Positions 1 to 12,487 are shown, counted from the first letter of the stretch. The stretch is 64,000 nt of DNA from Sphaerodactylus townsendi (GCF_021028975.2 NC_059441.1:18476001-18540000); one strand, 5' to 3'. Notes: generated from the sequence alone by a model not told the origin. Translations and numbers: made by a program.

Positions 1-1012
1 AAAAGCGTCTTGCCAAGTCTGAGTGTATACTGTAGTGTACCAAGTCTGAGTGTATACTTGCAGAGTTTCCATAGGATTGCTGTCAAAGCTGGAGTAAGAA
101 CAGGGTTTTTCAAAGTTCAAAAACAACTTTCTTGAAGGAATAGTGACTTTTCCTATCTCTTTTAAGCACCATGCCATAGTCTTAGCCCCAGTAGTTACAA
201 GATAATTTTTACTTGCCACTGATGCTTTTGACTACTACTCTGGAGCTCATGTTCTTCAGATGGAAATGTCAGAAAATTAACTTTAAAAAAATCTGGACTA
301 GGCAAAGTGTCCAGATGAGACACTGTACCCATTAACCCCATCCAACCTGGAGCACTGATTAGATTATATTAGATGTGAGTCACCTTCACACTGCATCCTG
401 GGATCATAGCCGGCTCTACAGTTAGGAAGGTGAGGCAGCGGATTTTGTATGGGAACAGTCTTCACACACACACACCCATGCCACCTACCACTCCTTCCTG
501 CTGCATTTCCACAGCACTGTTGAAGGCAGGTGGTGGTGTTTTTTGTTTTTTTTGCTGTCAAGTCACAGCTGACTTATGGCAACCCCAAAGGGGCTTCAAG
601 GCAAACAAGGTTTGAAGGTGGTTTGCCACTGACTGCATCTGCATCACGACCCTAGTATTCCTTGGTGATCTCTCATACAAATATTAGCTGGGGTCAAGGC
701 TGAGAATGTGCGAGTGGCCCAGGGTCACCCAGCAAACTTCCATGGTTTGAGAAGGGATTTGAACTTGAGTTTCCCAGGTCCTAGTCTGACACCTTAACCA
801 CTACACCACACTGGCTCTCTGGGCCTAAACGGGAGTTTCCAAACTCAAGGCGTTAAAGAATCCCTAGCAGACATGCACGGCTTGCCATGCTGTCTTTAAC
901 GACCCCTGAGGAATGAGGATGGGAGGAAACATAAGCTGCTCTTGGGCAGTGGGGAAGGGGTGGGGGTGGCAAGACGCATCCCTTTGAAGCAGCAAAGATG
1001 GCATCCCTTTGA

Positions 1013-1421
1013 GAACCATCCTGGTGTAATGGTTAAGAGCAGGTGGATTCTAATCTAGAGAACCAGGTTTGATTCCCCACTCCTCCACCTGAGTGGCAGA
1101 GGCTTATCTGATGAACCAGATGTGTTTTCGCACTCCTACGTTCCTGCTGGGTGACCTTGGGCTAGTAGTCACAGTGAACTCTCTCAGCCCCACCTGCCTC
1201 ACAATGTTGTGGGGAGAGGAAGGGAAAAGAGCTTGTAAGAGAAGAAGAAGAGTTTGGATTTATATCCCCCCTTTCTCTCCTGCAGCCTCAAAGGGGCTGA
1301 CAATCTCCTTGCCCTTCCCCCCTCACAACAAACACCCTGTGAGGTGGGTGTAAGCCACCTTGAGTCTCCTTACAGGAGAGAAAGGTGGGGTATAAATCCA
1401 AACTCTTCTCTTCTCTTCTTC
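1013..1421 (+). mobile_element. tRNA-derived CORE-SINE (Squam3/MIR-related) with nested antisense SINE fragment at 1240-1348
   Basis: A box TGGTGTAATGG, B-box-like GGTTTGATTCC, CORE GGGTGACCTTGGGC, (CTT)n tail; TGTAAG duplicated around the nested piece. Confidence 0.85.
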
Positions 1422-3156
1422 TTATGGGAGGCTGCATGTGGTGAATAAGCTTCTCTGCTCTTATTGATCCTTATTGAAGAAACCCTTTAAAAAGCTTTCC
1501 AAGAGCTCCCTTGAATGCAGTTTGAAAACCCACAGTGAATTTGGTTAACAGATTTACCACACGCATATCCTGACTCATTCTTGTTGCAGTAGCCTGGTTA
1601 GATTGTGCTCACATTTTGATTCAAGTAGATTGAGAAGAGGTGTTTTTTTTTTTAAAAAAAAAACATGTTTGCTCTTTTGCGGTCTGGCACAAAACAACTG
1701 TATCGAAAAGCTGCTGCTTAATGGAACCACATGCAAAACCATATAGACTTGCCGTGTAGTATATATTTGTTTTTAATCCCAAATCGATTTTTCAAAGATA
1801 TAACAAATATTGTTCTCTGCGGCAACCTCTGATTCACAGGGAAAACAATATAACACTGCCCTTCTATGATTATGTCATTTTTTCCATTGTGTTGCTCATA
1901 AATGAAACAATGTCATAATTGTAATCAAGATTATTCATTAAAATTTGCTGCAAAAATGTATTGATTTCTCCCACAGTGGGAGACTAATCTTCACCCAAGT
2001 ATTTGAATATGATCATGTCCATCTGCTATACTGGCTCATCCTTCCTGTTGCTTCGTCCATCTGCTTAAAAGCTACTTCCAAAATGCCAAATAACCCCCAC
2101 CCCTCTCTCTCACACACACACAATCTACAAGGAGGAGGTTACACAGATCTTTATGGAGTTCTTCAAATTGTGCCAGCAGCTACAACACATAATATAATCT
2201 AATTTAAGCAAAGAGGAGGCTGGGCTTTCTTGAGTTAGTTAGTCATCCTTTTCGTGTCTGTGACTGTTTTGGTCTGTGTAAACATTTCTGATTTTCAAGT
2301 TATCAGTTTTGAGGAACTTGCTGTTCATATTGTGTCAAAATTATAAAAAACTTAAAATGTCTGTGTGTGCGTCTAGTAAATGCAAATGCTTTCCACCCAT
2401 AAATTATATCCATGATTGCGAATCCTGTCCTCTGCTGCCAACAAGGACAACTCCCTGCCCTCCTCCCAAATATTTACGCCCCACCTCAACCTCCTTTTCT
2501 CCAGACTGAACATTCCCAAATCCCTCAATCTTTCCTCTTAGGGCTCAGTCTACATGCTGATCGTCCTCATTGCCCTCCTAATCTCCTATCTAAAGGTCAT
2601 GTTTTTCTAAATAAATCCTTGTATGTGTCAAAAATACTTAACATTGCTATTCGTGTTGTAAACAAACCCCAGTTTTGCAAAGGAAAAAAAGGAAAGATTG
2701 GGGCAAAGAGCAGCTATGTTTCCCAGGCATGCTCCATTTGCCTTCAGTGACATTTATGGAACTTTATAGCTCAGGAGTAAATTTGATGGATTTTAGTAGA
2801 TCCTCAGTATGTCTAAAATCACACCCATGCAGTCCAGTCCTATGTATGTTTACTCAAAAGTAAGTCCTCCCAAATTAAGTAGGGCTTACACTTGAATACT
2901 GTTCTATCAGTAGAGCTACCTCCCTCTGTAGTTAATTACAATTTTCTATTTCCTTGTTTACCTTAAGATGTGCCCTGAATTCTAGTGCTGAGAGATCAAA
3001 TTCACTTCTAAGTGTTTACTAAGGAAGTTTGTAATAGTCCCATAGAAACATTTAATATAAAGAGATAAGCATTATTTTTAGATACAGTCAATACAGCAGA
3101 ATCGAAAGAACAAATCACATTCAGAGCTGCATCCAAACTGAGTACACAGATGTTGA

Positions 3157-3450
3157 TGAAGAAAAAGAGTTTGGATTTATATCCCCCCTTTCTCTTCTGA
3201 AGGAGACTCAAAGGGGCTTACAAGCCCCTTTTCCTTTCCCTCCCCACAACAAACACTCTGAGAGGCAGGTGGGGCTGAGAGAGCTCCGAAGAACTATGAC
3301 TAACCCAAGGTCACCCAGGTGGCATGTGTTGGAGTGCACAAGCTAATCTGGTTCACCAGATAAGCCTCCACAGGTCAAGCGGCAGAGCGGGGAATCAAAC
3401 CCAGTTCTCCAGATTAGAGCGCACCTGCTCTGAACCACTACACCACGCTG
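3157..3450 (-). mobile_element. CORE-SINE (Squam3-like)
   Basis: Full-length reverse-complement match to the other copies in the window. Confidence 0.85.
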
Positions 3451-3772
3451 ATCTTACCCCTCCTGTCTTTTCTGAAAGCTAGGACTATTTGTACTTGTAG
3501 AAAGTTGATCTACTGGTCCCGCCACAACAAGCAACTGCTTTGCCAGAGCTTGGTCAGCATAACACAATTGCTATCCTATAAATTCCCAGCAGCAAAGTTA
3601 GCAAAACAACAAGATCATGAGAAAGGGAAAGCTAATGCAACCACACAAAGAGCCACCCTCGCACAATTTTGCCATTGTTCACCAATCACAGTGTCGCTTA
3701 GCGATGGAAGCTCCTACAATGCTCATGTGTGTATTTCGTTATACATATTTTTTATCCAACACTTTCTTCAAG

Positions 3773-4412
3773 TGGAGTCCTGTGTTCAGTTCTGGTCGCC
3801 ACATCTCAAAAAGGATATCGAAGAGATAGAAAAAGTGCAGAGAAGGGCAACGAGGATGATTGAGGGATTGGAGCACCTTCCTTATGAGGAGAGGCTGCAG
3901 CGTTTGGGACTCTTTAGTTTGGAGACGAGACGTCTGAGGGGGGATATGATTGAAGTTTATAAAATTATGCATGGGGTAGAAAATGTTGACAGGGAGAAAA
4001 TTTTCTCTCTTTCTCACAATACTAGAACCAGGGGGCATTCATTGAAAATGCTGGGGGGAAGAATTAGGACTAATAAAAGGAAACACTTCTTCACGCAACG
4101 TGTGATTGGTGTTTGGAATATGCTGCCACAGGAGGTGGTGATGGCCACTAACCTGGATAGCTTTAAAAAGGGGTTGGACAGATTTATGGAGGAGAAGTCA
4201 ATCTATGGCTACCAATCTTGATCCTCCTTGATCTCAGATTGCAAATGCCTTAGCAGACCAGGGGCTCAGGAGCAGCAGCAGCAGGCGGCCATTGCTTTCA
4301 CCTCCTGCATGTGAGCTCCCAAAGGCACCTGGTGGGCCATTACAAGTAGCAGAGTGCTGGACTAGATGGACTTTGGTCTGATCCAGCAGGCTAGTTCTTA
4401 TGTTCTTATGTT
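3773..4412 (+). mobile_element. CR1 LINE, 5'-truncated (ORF2 C-terminus and 3'UTR)
   Basis: CVQFWSPHLKKDI..LEKVQRRATRMI..YEERL..LGLFSLE.RRLRGDMI..RTRGH..FFTQRV..WN.LP; (TTCTTATG)n tail. Confidence 0.93.
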
Positions 4413-6137
4413 CAAAGAGTTCAAATGAACCTGCCCATGTACTGAGGGCGAGTGGGGGAGCTCTCCTGGTGGTCCCTTCCCCCATTGAGGTGCAGAGGGC
4501 TTTCTCCGTGGCTGGCCCCAGGCTGTGGAACAGCCTCCACGTGGAAATCTGCCAGGTGCTAACCCTTTATGGGTTATGGCATCTGGAAAAGATCTTCCTA
4601 TTCACCCAGGCCTTGGGCTTTTTACGTCACTTGATGACCCCTCTGGAAGCTGCTAGTCTGGGGTGACAGAAGGCATATGGGTGGGAAGTACTATGGGTTT
4701 TATGATTCTTTTATGTGATGATGTTTCCTTGTTGTTTTTAATTTTATAAGCCACCCTGAGACTTCCATATAGGGTTATAAATGCCAATCAATCAGTCAAT
4801 AAAATCAATTCTCCATCTTGGTTCCATTTTACATTATAAAAACCCTGTGAGAAAGTGACTGACCCAGGTTATAGAAGCAACATGCAGTATCAGTATTAGT
4901 CTACCATGATACCATTGCCCTTGCCAACATATTCCAAAGGCACAAGCGCACCTCTACAGACAGACGACATCAGCTCCTTCTCACACCTGAGCCTTCCATG
5001 GCCCAGATCTCAGAAACTTATACAAAGGAATTCAGAGACTTCCAAGGAACATGTGAGTTTTGCTGGGATTACAGTGGGACAACACACACAACACTGCACA
5101 CAATATACTTATTTGGATGCCTGAGTAAAGAACCGCACACATGCTTAGCACCACACTACCTTGATGTATGGCTGTTCACTTGTTTTAAGAGATAACAATA
5201 TTGATACTTACATGTTCTAGAGGGAATTGGTAAGACTCTCTTTTCATTTCCTGTTTGTTCTGCCATCACTGCCCTTTAAAAGGAGAATCAAAACCTGAGT
5301 ATCTGACAGTGGGAGAGACAAGGGGAGCAAATGCCCCAGTTTGCCAGCAGAGGCAGTTATGTTTCCTTATTGCTTTGACCTGAGAAAGAAGGGGAGATTC
5401 TTGCAACGGAGAGTTTATCAACAAGAGGACCATCTTGATTCGATGACAGCTTCCAGGAGCACTGCAGAAAACAAAACTCACAGTATTTGCTCATAAATAT
5501 TGGATGCTGATTAAAAATATTATATGCAAAGTCTCAGAAATGAATGGAATAAGAAGCTGGAGTACCCTGTTTTGTCAAAGCATTGGGATACAGCCTTAAA
5601 TTTATACTTGCTCTTTCCATGGATCTTAAGCTGAGAGTTATTTAGGTTCAAGATATACTAAACACCACAGTGACTCTTGAGCAAAGGAATGAGTAAAGTT
5701 TCTGACTGTTGCTGTTGCAACTCACTGGACACATCTCTTAAACATATGCTATAGGACATGTTCAGTCATTTTGTTTTTCTGGGAAGAAGTTATGATACAT
5801 ATCAATTTTTGCCAGAATGCCCCGGTCGGTTTCGCAAGGCCATAATCCCGAAACCGTATTTGCCTGTCTTTTGAAAGTTTACTGATGGTCAACAAAAATG
5901 GACCCTCTATGACCTTACTACAGCTAAAAGATTCATATTATAACACTGGAAAGATAAAAGTCACCTCTGGTAAATCAATGGTTTCAGGAGCTTAGAACTT
6001 TAGAACCACACAGCACCCCAGTGATTCTGGCCATGAAAGCCTTCGACAATACAACTTTATAAACAGTTAAACGTATGGCATGGGCTGGTTTTTTGATACT
6101 TGAGAACCATTTATAGAAACTTAAAATCCACCATCAC

Positions 6138-6315
6138 CAGAGGTGGGATCCAACCAGTTCTCACCACTTATCTAGAAAGGGTTACTATTTTTTTCTGAGT
6201 GCCGAGAAGGGGTTACTAAAGCAACCTCCCTGCCCAATAGGGACTGGAAGTGCGCCACTGTTTGAATCCCACCACCATCGGAACCTGTTATTAAAATTTT
6301 TGGATCCCACCACTG
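6138..6315. mobile_element. Non-autonomous hAT element (MITE)
   Basis: TIRs CAG(A/T)GGTGGGATCCAA; 8-bp TSD ACCATCAC (6130-6137 / 6316-6323). Confidence 0.88.
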
Positions 6316-7820
6316 ACCATCACTATTATATTTTGTCTTTATGTCTATTCTTTTTCATTGTTTTTTTTTTGGGGGGGGGAAGGGGAAGAAAACAAAAAGG
6401 GATGAAAAACTCAAGATATCTCCTGCAAACTGCATACTCACCTTGCATCCTTTTGGGGGAATGCAAAACTTTGTCCCATTGAATAGGGAAGGTTCTTTAC
6501 CCATATAGTCACCATTGTTTGATCCATAGGCACCAGAGTACCCTGCATATCTTCTTTAAGTGTTTTGGTGGAAAGGACAGAGGAGGGGCAAGAGTTTTTA
6601 TCAGAGATTAGGTCTCCCATTTTGTTGCTTACCTGTACAAAGTATCTTGTCTGTGTAACTCTAGTTGCAGCTGTGACATTGTGGCTTGTGGTGTTTGTGC
6701 AGGGAGTTTACTATTCTGTAAGGGTTTAGAGAAGTCAGGTGTTTTCATTCCCACCCACCCTCCACTCTCCATCTATTGACAGCTTGAGCAAAGTTCTTGC
6801 ATTTGCTCTTGGGTCTGCACATGTAGGAGCACAGTGATATGGGCTTTAGGCCACATACATCTTGATCTGTGTGAGTTATGTTCCTAAATCAGATGTATAT
6901 ACTCCTGGCTGCACTCACATCTCTTAAGACTGACCTTTAAATCTGAACTGTTTGTAAAAACTTGCCTTTATGTTATATGGAGGAAATAATAATCTTGTTT
7001 CCAGGAAATGTCATGGGGGAGCTGGTGGGCGGTTTTTCCGGAATTCAGATTTGCTAAATTGGCATTTTGAATGCTGCGCACAGTGTATCTATTACCTCTA
7101 ATTTGACTGAATTTCAGAACAAGAACCATGAAATGCACAGAAATACTTCAGAGTTTTGTGAATTATCTCGAATCTTTTGAGGTCTGATTGAACCTATGCT
7201 GTTTTTATGACAGAAATTCCCAAGATGTGTGCTGGGGGGGCGGGTGGGGGGAGGGCATGACTCTGCTATCATGTTGTCACAAAGAAATTAATTAAACCAT
7301 TTAGAGGGCCCTGAGAGTCCAAGACACCCATCCACTGTATGAGGTTGCCTGTTGTGGCTCAGTATGATTTACTTCTCTGGCCTTCCAAGCAGTCATTTCT
7401 TCCTGCAGTTAACTCTGCTGTGTCTCTGAACTAGATAATTCAACCTTTTCAAATCCAGTTGTGAAGTATAACTATTTTTCCTTCAATGGGGATTTCTGTT
7501 GCATCTGTGCATTATCAGTGCCTTTTTTTCAATCTGGGACCATGCCCAGAACCAAAATTGATGCATAAACACAAATGATCCATTTCTGTGAGGACGGAAA
7601 ATCCTTTTGCAAACTTTGAAAGTCAATCTTTTCAGCTGGAAGAATGGCACATGCCTGACGAAGTGATGAACAGAAGTACAAAAAAAATGCCAGCTGTGAA
7701 TGCCAGTTCAACCAATACCAGGAAAACTGGTCAGAGCATTGGAAATTAGTTGGAATCCTAGGTCTAGCTCAGAAACTGGTCCTGATAACACTGAGGCCTC
7801 TTCTGCACATGCAGAATAAT

Positions 7821-8400
7821 CAGTGGTGGGATCCAAAAATTTTAGTAACAGGTTCCCATGGTGGTGGGATTCAAACAGTGGCGTAGCGCCAATGGGGCTG
7901 GGCGTGGCATGATGGGGGTGTGGACGGGCATTCCAAGGCCGGGGCATTAATAATTTCTCTGTTACGGTAAAAAACTCTTACTGTAAAAAAAAAGTTCCTA
8001 ATTTCCAGTTGGTATCCCATAATTTAAACTCATTATGGCAAGTCCTATCGTCTACTGCCAACAGAAACAACTACTTCTCCTCTAATTGACTGCCTGTCAA
8101 ATACTTAATACTTTCAAATACTTAATTTTGTTTCTAGAAATCAAAAGAAGGATACTTTCCTTAAACAAGGAACTTTACCATATTTCTAAAACATGTTTTT
8201 TAAACAGCCCAACAGGGAGAATTATCCCATTTTCTACCTTCACTAACCACATAGGAAACAACAGGACTTTTTTATGATTTTTTTGACCTAATGGAATTTT
8301 AACGGAAAACCAGACCCAATTAGTAACCCCCTCTCGGCACACACAAATAATTAGTAACCTACTCTCGGGAACTGGTGAGAACCTGCTGGATCCCACCTTG
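7821..8400. mobile_element. Longer copy of the same hAT MITE family, nested in a palindromic MITE (7795-8510)
   Basis: Same TIRs in opposite orientation; host GCACATGCAGAATAAT...ATAATGCA...TGCATGTGCAGAAAGGGGCC is split. Confidence 0.82.
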
Positions 8401-9179
8401 ATAATGCAATTTTAATCCACTTTTACAACTGTTTGCGAGTGAATTTTGCTATTCTGCGCAGCTGCAAAGCACGTTGATAGTGCATTATTCTGCATGTGCA
8501 GAAAGGGGCCCGAGACACTAAGAGCCTGAAAACAGACTTTTAAAATATCTTCAGTACAAAAGCATATTTTTAAAAGCCAAGCAACTAATAAAGGTCACTG
8601 TTGAGTGGAACTTTTCAAAGGCATTGTATGGAAACTGAAACCTCCCTTTAGTTTACTGTGCTTGTTTGTTTCAGAAACAGACAAACCTAGCAACCCTGTC
8701 TTTCCACACAATACCCAAGGTGGTTTTCAAGATATAAACACGTAATTACAACACATCAGCCAGGTTAAAGCCACAACTTCCACAAGTCATATGGCTGAGG
8801 TAGCTGCTTTTCCCCCATCCCCGTCGCTTCCCCTTTCTCCATATTTCCATTCTCCCCATGGCACTGGATATGCAATTATGGGGATTTTTACAGCCATCAT
8901 TTTAGACTCGGTTCTGAACGGTCACTTTTGTTTTGCTCTGATTTTATTGCATTGCACCCATTTATGGATAGGCTGGAAGCCCCTCAAGGGAAGGGTGGCA
9001 TTTTAATAATCATAAATAAATTTTTTTAAAAAGATGCGTCCTCCTGTCCCTCCTCGTGACTTCCAACTTGGCCATATTATCAAGCATCAGAATAAAGGAG
9101 TGAGGTGGTTATTTGCGAGGTAAAAACACTCCGGGGATGCAAAGAGCCGTCCAGTCACAGGCAAGAAACTTTGGGGCGG

Positions 9180-9560
9180 TTTGCAAAGGCACTCTGCGCA
9201 TGCTCAAGAGACCACACGCCTAGTAATGTGTCTAAATGGCAGAGAGTGCGGTAAGAGGTGACTTTTTTGCGTGGTGAGGAACGGCGGCGAGCGTTTACTC
9301 GCCCGCACGGAGCGTCCCTTTATTGCCCTCAGGCAGCGCCATTTCCGCCGCCTCAGGCCGAGCCAACGGTCTCCGAGCCCGCCCTTTTGGACGGCAAGGC
9401 CCCGCCCACCGCCTTCAAGGCCCCGCCCTCAGGGGCGGAGCTGGAAGGAGGCGGAAGTCAGGAGCTGCGGCGGAAAGGGACGCGTGGAGGAGGTCCGGTC
9501 GCATGGGAGGCGAGTCGTCTTCTTTCCTCTCCCCGGGCATTGTGTGGGCAGCGGAGCATC
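9180..9560 (+). promoter_or_regulatory. RAMAC: CpG-island promoter and probable non-coding exon 1 of RAMAC
   Basis: CpG-rich. NRF1-like TGCGCATGCTC ~9195, YY1-like CGCCATTT ~9337, GC boxes (CCCCGCCC, GGGGCGGAG) 9400-9440, ETS GGCGGAAGT ~9450. Lies 1 kb upstream of the coding exons; the exon-1 donor is not resolved. Confidence 0.75.
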
Positions 9561-9596
9561 TGTCTGCTCCTCTCTTGCAGCCGGGAGACTGGGGCT

Positions 9597-10215
9597 GAAG
9601 CCCATACTCAGAAATGGGGCTGGAATATTGATTCATATTGATTTATTTGACCCCCAAACCTTAGGTTGCCTCATAGCACCTTATAGCCATGTATTTTTCC
9701 TGCTAGTTGTCCCCTCCTCTGCACAATTTGTATATTTCCTCTTGAATGTAAGTTTTGCAACTCCCATGCTTTACATGTGAATGCAGAACCACGCATTCCA
9801 TTTTTATTGGTGCGTATGCGTCCAATATGGAATCTGTGCCTCATTCATAACATGTGAAGGCTTGTAAATGTGTGTATAGGGGTTTAAGCCCATATTCAGA
9901 CCTGGGACTGGGTTGTTGAGTAATTTGCCCCCCATGCATTAGGCTGTGAAATTGCTTCATAGCACCTTAAAGAGAAGCCTGGTATTTTCCTGCTAATTGT
10001 CCCCTCTGCACAATGTTTATATTTCCTTTTGGAATGTGAAGTTTGTAATTCCTTGTTTTACATGTGAGTGTAATTGGTGCAGAGGTTGGCAATATGGAAT
10101 CTGCCTTATTTGTGAAGGTTTGTGAATGTATACTTAGGGGATGCTATCTGGGGCTGGGATATTGATTAATTTGGCCCTTGGAACATGGGGCTGTGAAATT
10201 GTCTTATATTGCCCA
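9597..10215 (+). repeat. Degenerate ~270-290-bp tandem repeat (~2.3 units) in RAMAC intron 1
   Basis: AAGCCCATA(C/T)TCAGA...CATAGCACCTTA...TTTTCCTGCTA..TGTCCCCT..CAATATGGAATCTG..TGTGAAGG recurs at ~9598 and ~9886, with a partial third unit at ~10145. Confidence 0.8.
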
Positions 10216-10569
10216 GTATTCCAGTTTGATTGAGGCTGATAAATAAGTTTGATTGGCATGCATGCTTGCAATGTTGAATCTCTCATTCATAATCTGTGTA
10301 TATGCCACTATCTTGGCATTCATTTACAGGGTTGCTAACCTCCAGGTGCCAATTCATATGCAGCTATTTCTGTTGTAGGAAAAAAACTTCCCAACTCATT
10401 GTCATTGACCTTGGCCCCTGGAAAAGTCTTTTTGGTTGTGTTCACTGTTCCCTCTCAAAATTCCAGCAATTCCTGATGGCTTAGCCAAACTGGGAAAAGC
10501 TGATTTACACAGATTGTTGATGTTTTAAAAGATTGTGAAGTAACTTTTTGAATCTGCAGAGATTTCAGA

Positions 10570-10706
10570 ATGGATTCTACTCCTGATATCCTTCAGCGTT
10601 ATGAGGAGATGTTTATTCATCGGTTTACATCAGATGACGCTGAATATCAGGAATACGTCAACAGCCCTGCAGCTCCACCTCCCGTAGTAGAAGATTGGTT
10701 AAACAG
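10570..10706 (+). CDS. RAMAC: RAMAC (RNMT-activating mini protein, FAM103A1) coding exon A: RNMT-activation domain copy 1
   Basis: MDSTPDILQRYEEMFIHRFTSDDAEYQEYVNSPAAPPPVVEDWLNR is colinear with human RAM 1-46 (FEEMFASRFT...EYQEY...PPIVEEW, recalled). Upstream acceptor cag at 10557-59; donor AG|GTCTGT, phase 2. Confidence 0.9.
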
Positions 10707-11294
10707 GTCTGTAACATTCCCCCTTGGGCTGTGATTTTTTTCCTTTTGGTGGGGAGTCACAGGGCTGTATTGTGGGGAATGGAGGCTGCAGATCCATAAA
10801 TCAGTGCAAAACAATGTGTTGCCCCTGTAATTACTAGTGTCTTCCTTCTTTAATTGTAGTGTATTAGTTGAGCAGGTGGACACACAACAGGCAAACCAGA
10901 TCTTTTCATGATCGCTACAAAGCTTGGAAAAAACCTTATGCCTGTATAATTGCATTGCAGAGTAGATTGGGAACGGATGCTGCTTGTCTAAAACACTCTC
11001 TTCGTTGTTAAGAGGTGTCTCCAGAAACAGGGTTGCATCCAGCCAACTTTTCTGCTAGTGAAAAAGGCAGGAAAAAGTCTGTTGTCTATTGTGATACTGG
11101 GACCTGTGTGTACGAAAACAATAAGGGACAGAGTAAACAGATGGAGTAAAAAATGTGGCTGGATCCAACCTATTCTGAGGTCATTAATCCTTCAGAAGGC
11201 CACTGATGGAATGTTTTAACTTGAATGGGCAGCAGTGGTACAGACCACGGGTGACTGCATAAGGGAGCTGTCCACAATCGCTGAAATCCGGATG

Positions 11295-11505
11295 GCCAAG
11301 GCTAATCTTGATCGATCTCAGAAGCTAAGCAGGGTTGGTCCTGGTTCATATTTAGATGGAAGACCATCAAGGAATCCCAAGGTTGCTATTGCAGAGTTTG
11401 GCAAACCACCTCTGTGACAATCTCTTGCCTTGAAAATCCTACTGGGTTGCCAGAAGTCGGAGTCGACTTGACGGCACTTTGCATACTTTACTGAAGGTTG
11501 CACAC
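11295..11505 (+). mobile_element. 5S rRNA-derived SINE (5S-Sauria-like) between RAMAC exons A and B
   Basis: GATCTCAGAAGCTAAGCAGGGT...TTAGATGGAAGACCA 5S head, then GGCAAACCACCTCTG..TCTTGCCTTGAAAA..GACTTGACGGCAC tail. Related - strand copies at ~555-690, 23490-24110 (split), 28580-29115, 33040-33160. Confidence 0.75.
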
Positions 11506-11719
11506 GGCAAAGACCTAAGAAAGCAACAACTGCCAAGATCCGAGAAAAGCTGCTCTTGCTACAGGCTTGGGAGAATGAAGCTCAAATGTTGCTTGTGCAG
11601 TCTTGTCTAACCCATCCTGTCAATCCAGTTGGTCAACAGTTGTAGCCCTGAAACTGACATCAATAAGAAACTTTTCATCAAACTCAGGTGGTGCTTTTTT
11701 GTTTTTGTCTTTTCATCAG

Positions 11720-11884
11720 AGAACGCAGAGTGCCTTCCACACTCGAGATCCTTCAGAATTTCGAAAAGATGTTTGTCCATCGATTTTCATCGGAAGATGA
11801 GGAATATCAAAAATACGTCCAACGTCCTGAAGGCCAACCTCCCCTACTAGGAGACTGGAGAAGCAGATCGGGTGGTCGAGATCG
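11720..11884 (+). CDS. RAMAC: RAMAC coding exon B: duplicated RNMT-activation domain copy 2
   Basis: Polypyrimidine tract plus cag| acceptor; (R)ERRVPSTLEILQNFEKMFVHRFSSEDEEYQKYVQRPEGQPPLLGDWRSRSGGRD(R); donor CG|GTACTG. 165 nt, phase 2-2, in frame with exons A and C. Confidence 0.85.
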
Positions 11885-12487
11885 GTACTGTTTCTGTTTT
11901 GTCAAAATAGGTTTCTTAGTCTCACAGAAAGAAAATAAAAACATTTTGGGCATCATAGCAAAATGATGAGAGTTTGAGCATAACTATTCAAAGCAAAACA
12001 CTCAGTTGGGCAGGGAGGTTATCCTCTAGAAGAATAAACTAAGAGGTTTTCCTTGTCTACCTGGTGGGTGGGGTAGGACAGGGTCAGTTTCAGCTCCTGG
12101 AGTGTTTCCCTTTGGTGGGCTGCACCTTCGAAGGGTACAACTTGTAGAATCCTGCATCAGCTCTGAACTGGAGAGCTATTCTGCAGAGAATGTGGGTACT
12201 GGTGCCTTGGAAATGTCTGAAGAAGACATCTGTTTCAGAAGGCTGCTGCTCTTCCCCCAACATTCCTTGAGGGAGTGATCTTACTCGTGGCTGTGTCAGG
12301 ACAAGGTTTTCCAGAAACAGCCTAGAAATTAGTGTCCTTTGGATGCTTCGTTGGGCCTTGGGTGGGCTGGTTTGGTGCATAGGTTATCTGCGCAATATAT
12401 GTGATGTGCTTTGAAAAGTCTGAATTGTTTGGAAGGTGCTGCGTGAATTTTGTAATGTTTGTGCTGTTTTGTGTTCCGCTTCTTTAG

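Noticed and set aside
3505-4221. 238-aa ORF as a host gene
   Set aside because: The C-terminal ~145 aa are CR1 ORF2; the upstream part is a chance open frame.
1-9100. HOMER2 exons expected from synteny
   Set aside because: No EVH1 or coiled-coil coding exon and no second CpG island recognised.
11295-11390. 5S rRNA gene
   Set aside because: Degenerate and fused to a SINE tail; it is a 5S-derived SINE.
11688-11966. Exon B as a separate RAMAC retrocopy or pseudogene
   Set aside because: It has its own acceptor and donor, no exon-exon junction, poly(A) or TSD, and it carries the SRSGG linker leading into the last exon.
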